Shown here one piece after another: positions 18,325-26,039 of a stretch of DNA of 32,000 bases. The notes below the pieces were generated by a model, which was given only the letters and a program-made list of their open reading frames with translations, was not told the DNA's origin and did no database searches. Position 1 is the first letter of the stretch. Each line of letters opens with the position of its first letter. The stretch comes from Synechocystis sp. PCC 6803 substr. PCC-P (lineage in GTDB: Bacteria > Cyanobacteriota > Cyanobacteriia > Cyanobacteriales > Microcystaceae). The stretch covers positions 1,380,001 to 1,412,000 of the forward strand of contig NC_017039.1 in the NCBI RefSeq assembly GCF_000284455.1, read 5' to 3'. The translations under genes and the position numbers were made by a program.

Positions 18325-19338
18325 ATGGCTAACGGTCAAATTTCTCCCCAGCGTGCAGTTACCAAACCCCAATCCTGGTGGCTGACTTCCGAACCCCGTC
18401 CGTCCTTAATGTTACAACTGCCCAAACCGTCTCCATCTGCAAAGCCCTGTGCTTCTGTTGAGGAAGCTTACGAAATTTGTCGTCAAGTAACGGCCCAGTA
18501 CGCAAAAACTTTTTACCTGGGAACTTTGCTGATGCCCCCTGCCAAAAGGAGGGCCATTTGGGCGATCTATCTTTGGTGTCGTAGGACTGATGAACTAGTG
18601 GATGGGCCCCAGGCGGCCACCACCACCCCGGAAACTTTGGACCATTGGGAGCGGCGTTTAGAAGGGATTTTTGCTGGCCAACCCCAGGACGATGCCGATG
18701 TGGCCCTGGTGGATACCTTGGAAACATTTCCGCTCGATATTCAGCCCTTTCGGGACATGATAGCCGGTCAGCGGATGGACCTTTACCGTTCCCGTTACCA
18801 AACCTTTGAAGAACTAGACTTGTACTGTTATCGAGTGGCGGGCACCGTCGGTCTGATGTCCAGTGCTGTGTTGGGAGTCGATACGGGCAATGGCCAGGCC
18901 CCTTGGCAACCCGATGCCGTGTACATTCCCCAGGAAGAGGCGATCGCCTTGGGGGTGGCGAACCAATTGACCAATATTCTGCGGGACGTTGGGGAAGACG
19001 TGGAGCGGGGTCGAATTTATTTACCCCTGGAAGATTTAGAACGATTTAATTACAGCGAACAGGATTTACTCAATGGGGTAAACGATGATCGTTGGCGCAG
19101 TTTAATGAAGTTTGAAATTGACCGGGCCCGCCATTATTTTGAAGATGCGGAACGGGGTATTCGGGCTTTAAATCGGGATGCCCGTTGGCCGGTGTGGACA
19201 GCGTTGATGTTGTACAAAGGCATTTTGGATGTGATTGAGGCCAATAATTACAATGTGTTTAATCGTCGTGCCTATGTACCCACTCCGAAGAAATTACTAT
19301 ATTTACCCGTGGCCTGGTTGCGGGCCCAGGTGCTTTAA
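18325..19338 (+). CDS. crtB: Phytoene synthase
   Basis: It carries the squalene/phytoene synthase motifs YLWCRRTDELVD and YCYRVAGTVG...LTNILRDVGED. It starts 60 nt downstream of crtP. Confidence 0.95.
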   Translation: MANGQISPQRAVTKPQSWWLTSEPRPSLMLQLPKPSPSAKPCASVEEAYEICRQVTAQYAKTFYLGTLLMPPAKRRAIWAIYLWCRRTDELVDGPQAATTTPETLDHWERRLEGIFAGQPQDDADVALVDTLETFPLDIQPFRDMIAGQRMDLYRSRYQTFEELDLYCYRVAGTVGLMSSAVLGVDTGNGQAPWQPDAVYIPQEEAIALGVANQLTNILRDVGEDVERGRIYLPLEDLERFNYSEQDLLNGVNDDRWRSLMKFEIDRARHYFEDAERGIRALNRDARWPVWTALMLYKGILDVIEANNYNVFNRRAYVPTPKKLLYLPVAWLRAQVL

Positions 19339-19514
19339 GGTTTTTTCCGACCACTGATCGATGGTTGATCTGATCCTGACTTCCCGCTGAAAAAAAGCCC
19401 CCAACCGTTGTAGGCTAAGGACTCACTTTATGAAGGGTTCAAACTATCAGTGTAGCGAACAAAGGCGATCGCCCCGATGTTTCCCCTTAGGTGAAGAGAA
19501 ATCACAAAGTTTGT

Positions 19515-19928
19515 TCAAAACTGGGACAGTTGCCGCAACTGCCAAAGGATGGACAGCAGTGCCCCCACCACTAAAATCATGGAACTAAGGGAACCAAGGG
19601 CAAAACCTACCATTCTTTTCTCCGCCGCTTGGTAATAGCCCCAGGCGTAAAGAATGCGCCCCAGTAACCAGACGGCCCCCAAAATGGCAGCAATGGTTGG
19701 ATCTCGGTAAATGGCAAATAGCCATAGCCCCGGCAGAAAAAAGGCTAACTGCTCCAGGGTGTTGTACTGTACCCTCAGCACCCGCTCAAAGTCTTCATTG
19801 CCGGTGGTGGCCGGTGGCATCACCCCATATTTAGCCCGAGCCCGCCCCACATTAATCACCAGCACCAGGTAAAGCATCGTCGCCAAAGCAGTGATCAAAG
19901 CTGGCCAGAGTAACTCGGTTTTTGTCAT
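19515..19928 (-). CDS. MAPEG-family (microsomal glutathione S-transferase-like) membrane protein
   Basis: 137 aa with four hydrophobic helices and the NTLEQLAFFLPGLW / RILYAWGY patterns typical of MAPEG. Confidence 0.8.
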   Translation of the reverse strand: MTKTELLWPALITALATMLYLVLVINVGRARAKYGVMPPATTGNEDFERVLRVQYNTLEQLAFFLPGLWLFAIYRDPTIAAILGAVWLLGRILYAWGYYQAAEKRMVGFALGSLSSMILVVGALLSILWQLRQLSQF

Positions 19929-20085
19929 CGGTCATGGTGAAAGAAAGTATATTTTCAGACTAGCCCAAAAAGTTACTCTGCCTCCAAATCATTAATATTG
20001 CTCGGACTAATCGCTATACTTACGGTCAGGGTATTACCCAACTTTTTATTTTTCTCAGTCAAGTTCCTTTTGTATTTTTTATCCC

Positions 20086-20388
20086 ATGCAGCTAAGCCCC
20101 CAGGAAAAAGATAAATTGTTGATTTTTACCGCCAGCCTAGTGGCAGAACGCCGTAAGGCCCGAGGGCTCAAACTCAACTATCCCGAAGCCGTGGCCTATA
20201 TTTCCGCCGCTATCCTGGAAGGGGCCAGGGATGGTCGTACCGTAGCCGAGTTGATGAACTATGGCGCTACCCTATTGAGTCGGGACGAAGTCATGGAAGG
20301 GGTGCCGGAAATGTTACCGGAGGTACAGGTGGAAGCAACTTTTCCCGATGGCACTAAACTGGTGACGGTCCACGAACCCATTCGCTAG
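20086..20388 (+). CDS. ureA: Urease gamma subunit
   Basis: [55 protein letters not shown] is near-canonical UreA. Length is 100 aa. No ureB or ureC is present in the window. Confidence 0.95.
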   Translation: MQLSPQEKDKLLIFTASLVAERRKARGLKLNYPEAVAYISAAILEGARDGRTVAELMNYGATLLSRDEVMEGVPEMLPEVQVEATFPDGTKLVTVHEPIR

Positions 20389-20472
20389 TAATGAGCTGGC
20401 CGGTCAGGGCGGACTGTTTTTTACCGTTAAACCCCAGGCCTGTTGACCGTAGAAAAAATTCATTGTCTAGGG

Positions 20473-20502
20473 TTGACAGTGATCAATCTTTATCGCTATA
20501 TT
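20473..20502 (+). promoter_or_regulatory. Sigma70-type promoter candidate for tRNA-Glu
   Basis: TTGACA (20473-20478), an 18-nt spacer, then TATATT (20497-20502). This lies about 40 nt upstream of the mature tRNA 5' end. Confidence 0.45.
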
Positions 20503-20543
20503 TAAAAACGTCTGAAATAACGAACTGTTATCGAGACTGCCTA

Positions 20544-20616
20544 GCCCCCATCGTCTAGAGGCCTAGGACACCTCCCTTTCACGGAGGCGACAGGGATTCG
20601 AATTCCCTTGGGGGTA
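20544..20616 (+). tRNA. trnE: tRNA-Glu (anticodon UUC); CCA not encoded
   Basis: Folded by hand. Acceptor stem is GCCCCCA/UGGGGGU (G1-U72). The D stem is a 3-bp GUC/GAC. Anticodon stem is CCUCC/GGAGG with loop CUUUCAC. T stem is AGGGA/UCCCU with loop UUCGAAU. Discriminator is A, and the downstream sequence is TTAAAA. Confidence 0.95.
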
Positions 20617-20635
20617 TTAAAAAAAAAGAAAAAAC

Positions 20636-20664
20636 GAAAAGAAGTTCTTCGGGGCTTCTTTTTT
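20636..20664 (+). terminator. Terminator-like hairpin after tRNA-Glu
   Basis: GAAAAGAAG (20636-20644) pairs with CTTCTTTTT (20655-20663) around a 10-nt loop, and the stem merges into a T run. Confidence 0.5.
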
Positions 20665-20835
20665 GTTGCTCACCCAAACAATTCCCCAAGAAGTTTAAAA
20701 CCCTCTTTCGGTTTATGGAACAGAAGAAGAAGCGGGGAGCTTGTCGAGGGAAACAGCGCAGAAATGGCAAGACCCAAACTCCATCTATGGCAGTATAGGG
20801 GCGTAGTTCTTTGTCCTTGAGGCTCTGTCTGGCAA

Positions 20836-22029
20836 ATGTTAATCCTGCGTCGCCTAATACTAGTTGTTTCCCTTAGTTTTGCCACGATCGCCATTGACAT
20901 TACTACGAGACCAGGGCTGGAACCAGTGCAAGGCCAGGGGGTGGAGACAGTAGACTCGCAAACACTAAAAGTGGGGGTGGTGGGCAATCCTCCCTTTGTC
21001 TTTTATGGAGAAGGAAAAAACGCAGCATTTACCGGTATTAGCCTAGATGTGTGGAGAGCAGTGGCCGAGTCCCAGAAGTGGAATTCAGAATATGTAAGGC
21101 AAAATTCCATCTCCGCAGGCATCACAGCGGTGGCGGAAGGGGAATTGGATATTTTAATTGGTCCCATTAGTGTTACCCCAGAGCGGGCCGCCATAGAGGG
21201 CATTACCTTCACCCAGCCCTATTTCAGTAGTGGCATTGGCCTGTTAATTCCAGGCAAACCGGTGAGTTTATGGGAAAGATTTTCGCCTTTTTTTGGCATA
21301 GCCGCTTTGTCTTCAGCGGGGGTACTTACTCTACTTTTATTTTTGGTGGGGAATTTAATTTGGTTAGCAGAACATCGCAAAAATCCTGAGCAGTTTTCCC
21401 CCCATTACCCAGAAGGAGTCCAAAATGGCATGTGGTTTGCCTTAGTTACCCTAACAACAGTGGGCTATGGCGATCGATCGCCGAGGACTAAGTTAGGGCA
21501 ACTGGTGGCGGGGGTATGGATGTTGGTGGCCTTATTAAGTTTTTCTTCCATTACGGCGGGGTTAGCTTCGGCTTTTTCCACGGCTCTTTCCGAAGCTAGT
21601 GCAACACCTTTGTTTAGAAGTGTGGGGGATTTGAAAAATAAAGAGGTGGCAGTGGTGCGGGATACCACAGCGGTGGATTGGGCTAATTTTTATCAGGCTG
21701 ACGTTAGGGAAACTAATAATTTGACAGCAGCCATTACCCTACTACAAAAAAAACAGGTGGAGGCGGTAATGTTCGACCGGCCAGCCTTAATTTACTACAC
21801 CAGACAGAATCCTAATCTTAACTTGGAGGTGACAGAAATTCGAGTTTCCCTGGAGCCCTATGGCTTTGTGCTCAAGGAAAATAGTCCTTTGCAAAAGACT
21901 ATCAATGTGGAGATGCTCAATTTGCTTTACAGCAGGGTAATTGCGGAATTTACCGAACGCTGGTTAGGGCCTGGGATTGAGGAAAATCAAGACCTTTTGC
22001 CCCAAAACATAGGAGAAAGCCCTAGCTAA
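20836..22029 (+). CDS. Glutamate-gated potassium channel (GluR0-type: periplasmic-binding-protein fold interrupted by a K+ channel pore)
   Basis: 397 aa. An S1 lobe (KVGVVGNPPFVF) is followed by a TM helix, the pore helix with selectivity filter TLTTVGYGD, another TM helix, and an S2 lobe. This is the architecture described for Synechocystis GluR0. Confidence 0.9.
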   Translation: MLILRRLILVVSLSFATIAIDITTRPGLEPVQGQGVETVDSQTLKVGVVGNPPFVFYGEGKNAAFTGISLDVWRAVAESQKWNSEYVRQNSISAGITAVAEGELDILIGPISVTPERAAIEGITFTQPYFSSGIGLLIPGKPVSLWERFSPFFGIAALSSAGVLTLLLFLVGNLIWLAEHRKNPEQFSPHYPEGVQNGMWFALVTLTTVGYGDRSPRTKLGQLVAGVWMLVALLSFSSITAGLASAFSTALSEASATPLFRSVGDLKNKEVAVVRDTTAVDWANFYQADVRETNNLTAAITLLQKKQVEAVMFDRPALIYYTRQNPNLNLEVTEIRVSLEPYGFVLKENSPLQKTINVEMLNLLYSRVIAEFTERWLGPGIEENQDLLPQNIGESPS

Positions 22030-22124
22030 ACCCTGGTAAAACTTATAATACCGTTCTGGCTCTGCAACCCTACTAATTACTGTCAGGAACAGCCAAAGTA
22101 TTTTTTGGACTGGGAGCGCAAACA

Positions 22125-22229
22125 ATGCCTTTTATTGATGTTAGCCTTGGACTAGCTGTGTTCCTGGGGTTTATTTTCTCGGTAATGGCAGCTAGGTTCT
22201 TTTTGAAAATTTGGCTGCACTATCTATGA
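22125..22229 (+). CDS. Candidate 34-aa single-TM micro-protein (not in ORF track)
   Basis: My translation is MPFIDVSLGLAVFLGFIFSVMAARFFLKIWLHYL*. GGGAG (22112-22116) lies 8 nt upstream of the ATG. The stop TGA overlaps the next gene's ATG as ATGA (22226-22229). Confidence 0.3.
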   Translation: MPFIDVSLGLAVFLGFIFSVMAARFFLKIWLHYL

Positions 22230-22981
22230 GTACCATCAAGGCCCTGTTACCGCCAAAATTCCCCCAATTACTGACTGGTTTAGCTTTACTTTCCCTGTCT
22301 TTGGTGGTCAGCACGGCGATCGCCGCCAAGGCCTTACTGGAAGTAAAAAATGCTAATGATGTATTAATAGTTACGGGGTCAGCCAAACGACCCATCACTT
22401 CTGACTACATTGTTTGGGGATTATCTGTCTCTAGTCAGCAGCCCACCGCCCAGGCAGCTTACCAGGATTTACAAAGTCAAACTGAACGGGTGCAAGCCTA
22501 TCTCCAAGCAAAAAATGTGCCCACGGCAGCCATTAGTATGGGGGCGATGGAAACCTATGCCATTCCCGAAGTTACTGAAAATGGGCAGGAAACCGGGAGA
22601 ACCTTGGCCTATCGTCTTACGCAACGGTTTGAAATTAGTGCCGATGACGTGGATCGTTACAGCAAATTGTCCCAGGAAGCCACCGAATTGATTAATGAAG
22701 GCATTAATTTAACGGTAGAACCGCCCCAGTATCTTTATACTCAGTTAGCCCCCCTCCGCATTGAAATGGTGGCCGAAGCAACCAAGGATGCCAAAGCTCG
22801 GGCCGAGGCGATCGCCAGTAGCACCAATAGCAAAGTGGGGGCAGTGCGGAGTGCCCAAACCGGAGTTTTTCAAATTACCTCCCGCAATTCCACCGATGTC
22901 AACGACATGGGAATCTATGACACCTCTTCCATCGAGAAAGACATCACCGCAGTGGTTTCCATCACTTTTAGTATGAAATAA
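22226..22981 (+). CDS. SIMPL/DUF541-like exported protein
   Basis: It has an N-terminal anchor or signal (LTGLALLSLSLVVSTAIAA). It then shows the pattern VTGSAKRPITSDY...AYQDLQ...AKARAEAIA...GVFQIT seen in SIMPL-domain proteins. The start was chosen at the ATG at 22226; the track uses TTG 22211. Confidence 0.7.
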   Translation: MSTIKALLPPKFPQLLTGLALLSLSLVVSTAIAAKALLEVKNANDVLIVTGSAKRPITSDYIVWGLSVSSQQPTAQAAYQDLQSQTERVQAYLQAKNVPTAAISMGAMETYAIPEVTENGQETGRTLAYRLTQRFEISADDVDRYSKLSQEATELINEGINLTVEPPQYLYTQLAPLRIEMVAEATKDAKARAEAIASSTNSKVGAVRSAQTGVFQITSRNSTDVNDMGIYDTSSIEKDITAVVSITFSMK

Positions 22982-23111
22982 TTATCTGAAAATTTTACCA
23001 AGGCTGTTACTCTGTCCGTATTTTCCCTGATAATTAAAAGATCTAACCGATGAATGATTGATCTTTGTTGGTTTTCGTTCCACGATGTAAAGATTAGAGT
23101 CGATAAAAGCC

Positions 23112-23810
23112 ATGCTGTTTCGTCAATTGTTTGATCCGGAAACCTCCACTTACACCTACGTAATTGCTGACCCCAAGGGTCGGTCTGCGGCCTTGGTAGA
23201 TTCTGTTTTAGAACAAGTGGATAGGGATCTAAACTTGCTCAAAGAATTGGATCTCAAGTTAACTTTTTGTCTGGAAACCCACGTCCATGCCGACCATATC
23301 ACCGGAGCGGGAAAACTACGGCAATTAACAGGTTGTCAAAACCTCGTACCCCAGTATGCTGAGGTGGACTGTGCTGACCGCCATTTGCAGGACGGGGAAA
23401 TTGTTCATGTTGGCTCCATACCCATCCAGGCGATCGCCACTCCGGGGCACACCGATAGCCATTTAGCTTTTTTGGTCAATCAAACCCATGTGTTGACGGG
23501 GGATGCTCTGCTCATCCGGGGCTGTGGCCGGACGGATTTCCAAAGTGGAGATGCCGGTACGTTGTATGACGCTATCCACGGTAAATTATTCACCCTGCCG
23601 GAGGATGTTTTTGTCTATCCGGGCCATGACTACCGGGGCCACACCGTTTCCACTATTGGGGAAGAAAAACGTTTTAACCCCCGCTTATTAGGGCGCGATC
23701 GCCAGAACTTTATCGAATTTATGGATAGTTTAAATCTGCCTGATCCAAAGAAAATTATGGAAGCGGTGCCCGCCAATCAACTCTGTGGTCAAAGGACTGT
23801 TGCGGTTTAA
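23112..23810 (+). CDS. ETHE1/Blh-type persulfide dioxygenase (metallo-beta-lactamase fold)
   Basis: MLFRQLFDPETSTYTYVIAD is a hallmark PDO N-terminus. Other motifs are ETHVHADHITG, ATPGHTDSH, TGDALLIRGCGRTDFQ.GD, YPGHDY and EEKRFNPRL. Confidence 0.85.
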   Translation: MLFRQLFDPETSTYTYVIADPKGRSAALVDSVLEQVDRDLNLLKELDLKLTFCLETHVHADHITGAGKLRQLTGCQNLVPQYAEVDCADRHLQDGEIVHVGSIPIQAIATPGHTDSHLAFLVNQTHVLTGDALLIRGCGRTDFQSGDAGTLYDAIHGKLFTLPEDVFVYPGHDYRGHTVSTIGEEKRFNPRLLGRDRQNFIEFMDSLNLPDPKKIMEAVPANQLCGQRTVAV

Positions 23811-23865
23811 AGACTTGCTCCAAGACTAATCAAGATCCATTTCCCGGAAAAATCCGTTCACAATT

Positions 23866-24399
23866 ATGGTCAGTTGGTGTCAGTCCCTTTTCCTTCGCTG
23901 GGGTAAGGTTTTAACCCTAACAGTGCTTAGCTTTGGGCTTTGCTGTGCCTGTTTAACTCTTTGGCCGGTGGCAACTCCAGCCCTAGTACGGGAGACTACG
24001 GAACAGCCGGGGCAAACCCTGATCCAGTCTCGTCAATCCCTACGGGACCAGGAAGGGAATACCTGGCAAGTGGTGTTATTTAAAAGGACGAAAGCCAACG
24101 GTGATAGAGAAACCAATTTACGTTTAGTTGGTTTTCCTGGAGTCACATCCTTTCGCCATCCAGCCCCTTTGGTGGTTCGGGACAATGGTGGTAATACCGT
24201 TAACCTAACCGATCTTTTAGCAGAGAAAAGCCCCGGTGAAAATGTTGGTCAATTTTTGGTTACAACGGATTTTACCAATTTACAAATTAATGGCATTTGG
24301 GAATTGAATTTACCGTTGGCAGGGGGAGAACAACAAATCAAAGTTCCCTATTTTGTCCTCCAAGAATGGCAAAGTTTGTTGGCCAAGGCATCGGATTAA
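23866..24399 (+). CDS. Signal-anchored protein of unknown function (conserved cyanobacterial, DUF3122-like by recollection)
   Basis: 177 aa with an N-terminal hydrophobic segment (VLTLTVLSFGLCCACLTLWPVA). It then reads LRDQEGNTWQVVLFKR...LRLVGFPG...NVGQF..., with no catalytic motif I recognise. Confidence 0.65.
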   Translation: MVSWCQSLFLRWGKVLTLTVLSFGLCCACLTLWPVATPALVRETTEQPGQTLIQSRQSLRDQEGNTWQVVLFKRTKANGDRETNLRLVGFPGVTSFRHPAPLVVRDNGGNTVNLTDLLAEKSPGENVGQFLVTTDFTNLQINGIWELNLPLAGGEQQIKVPYFVLQEWQSLLAKASD

Positions 24400-24462
24400 T
24401 TGGCAACAGCTTAGCCACTAAATTTAAAATTATTAAAAACAAACTTAAGCGGAGATTAAACT

Positions 24463-25002
24463 ATGGCTAGCTCAACCCAAACCAATGTCACCATTGCCCC
24501 CAAAACTTTGCAACAATTGCGTCAACAGGATGCGGTAATTCTGGTTGATGTGCGGGAGCCCCTGGAATTTGTTGGGGAACACATTACCGATGCCTATTCT
24601 TTGCCTTTATCCCGATTGAATCCTAGCCAATTGCCCCAAGCGGAAGGAAAAACGACGGTACTCTATTGTCAAAGTAGTAACCGTTCCGGCAATGCCCTGC
24701 AACAATTGAGATCTGCTGGGGTGGAAGGAATCATTCATTTGGAAGGGGGATTATTAGCTTGGAAACAGGCTGGGTTGCCGACGGTAAAAACAAAAAATGC
24801 CCCCATCAGCATTATGCGTCAGGTGCAAATTATTGCCGGTAGTTTGGTTTTGACCGGGGTTTTGCTGGGCAGTTTTGTCGCCCCTGGATTTTATTTTCTC
24901 AGTGGTTTTGTCGGCGCAGGATTATTATTTGCCGGACTTTCTGGCACCTGTATGATGGCTAATCTTTTGGGCAAATTACCCTACAACCAAATTAAGGACT
25001 AA
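24463..25002 (+). CDS. YgaP-like membrane rhodanese (rhodanese domain + two C-terminal TM helices, DUF2892-like)
   Basis: It has a rhodanese fold with the active-site loop YCQSSNRSG. The C-terminal ISIMRQVQIIAGSLVLTGVLLG...FVGAGLLFAGLSGTCMMANLLGKLPYN matches the YgaP-type tail. GGAG lies 10 nt upstream of the ATG. Confidence 0.85.
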   Translation: MASSTQTNVTIAPKTLQQLRQQDAVILVDVREPLEFVGEHITDAYSLPLSRLNPSQLPQAEGKTTVLYCQSSNRSGNALQQLRSAGVEGIIHLEGGLLAWKQAGLPTVKTKNAPISIMRQVQIIAGSLVLTGVLLGSFVAPGFYFLSGFVGAGLLFAGLSGTCMMANLLGKLPYNQIKD

Positions 25003-25007
25003 TAACC

Positions 25008-25874
25008 ATGGCACTCCAAGTGGTGGGCTATTTTTTGGCAAGTTGCATTGGCCTAAGTTTGGGGCTTTTGGGAGGTGGCGGCTCGGTGTTAGCCCTGCCC
25101 ATTTTGGTCTATGTCATGCAGGTTCCCCCCAAGGCGGCGATCGCCATGACGTTAGTGATTGTGGGGGCCGTGAGCTTGATTGGGGTCATTCCCCATTGGC
25201 ATCGGGGTAATGTTAATCTCCCCAAGGCCCTGATTTTTGGTTCAGCCACCATGGTGGGAGCTTTTGGCGGGGCTAAGCTAGCCGCTCTTCCTTTAGTGAC
25301 AGAAACGTTTCAGTTGATTTTATTTGCGGTGCTGATGCTGGTGGCGGCTATTTTTATGATCCGCAAAGCCCAACAACGACCCCAGTTATCCTCCACAGAG
25401 GATCCTGATTTAGCCACCTATCCCGCCCCCATTTGTAAATATTGTTGGCTGTGGCTACTGACGGAAGGCATTGCCATTGGCGTTTTAACCGGGCTGGTGG
25501 GAGTGGGGGGAGGATTTGCCATTGTACCCGCCCTAGTGTTGCTGGGAAAATTGCCCATGAAAGAGGCGATCGGGACTTCCCTGTTGATTATTGCCTTTAA
25601 CTCTGTGGCCGGCTTTTTAGGTTATTTTGGCCAAGTTAGTTTGGATTATCATCTGATGGTGAGTTTTACGTTCTTCGCCGCCCTGGGAATTTTATTGGGT
25701 TCCTATCTATCCAGTTTTGTTGACGCCAAAAATCTCCAAAAAGGTTTTGCTTATTTCCTCATGGCGATCGCCGCCTTTATTTTGTTCCAACAACGGGATA
25801 CTTTCCGAAGCTCCAAAGTTAATAGCTATCTGCCCGAAATAAGCTCCCAAGTATTGCTGCAAAAAGCACAGTAG
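25008..25874 (+). CDS. TauE/SafE (DUF81) family anion/sulfite exporter-like permease
   Basis: 288 aa with about 8 TM segments and the duplicated GxGGG motif (LLGGGGSVLALP and GLVGVGGGFAIVPAL). It starts 5 nt after the rhodanese stop. Confidence 0.85.
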   Translation: MALQVVGYFLASCIGLSLGLLGGGGSVLALPILVYVMQVPPKAAIAMTLVIVGAVSLIGVIPHWHRGNVNLPKALIFGSATMVGAFGGAKLAALPLVTETFQLILFAVLMLVAAIFMIRKAQQRPQLSSTEDPDLATYPAPICKYCWLWLLTEGIAIGVLTGLVGVGGGFAIVPALVLLGKLPMKEAIGTSLLIIAFNSVAGFLGYFGQVSLDYHLMVSFTFFAALGILLGSYLSSFVDAKNLQKGFAYFLMAIAAFILFQQRDTFRSSKVNSYLPEISSQVLLQKAQ

Positions 25875-26039
25875 ATCCAAAAGAATGAATTAACAGAATT
25901 GATACTTACCATTGATTAACAGATTGATGGGTAGGGCAAATTAGCTAACTGTCCCCGGCAATTTTGCCAAAGTAACCGAAGAACTACAATCAATGGGGAA
26001 ATCGACACTTTTTAACCCATCTGGCCGTCTCGGGTTCCA

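Noticed and set aside
20579-20987. ORFs 20579..20770 (-), 20608..20820 (+) and 20670..20987 (-).
   Set aside because: They overlap the tRNA-Glu 3' end, its A/T-rich terminator region and the 5' end of the GluR0-type gene. Their composition is low-complexity (poly-K/F from A/T runs). They are most likely non-coding.
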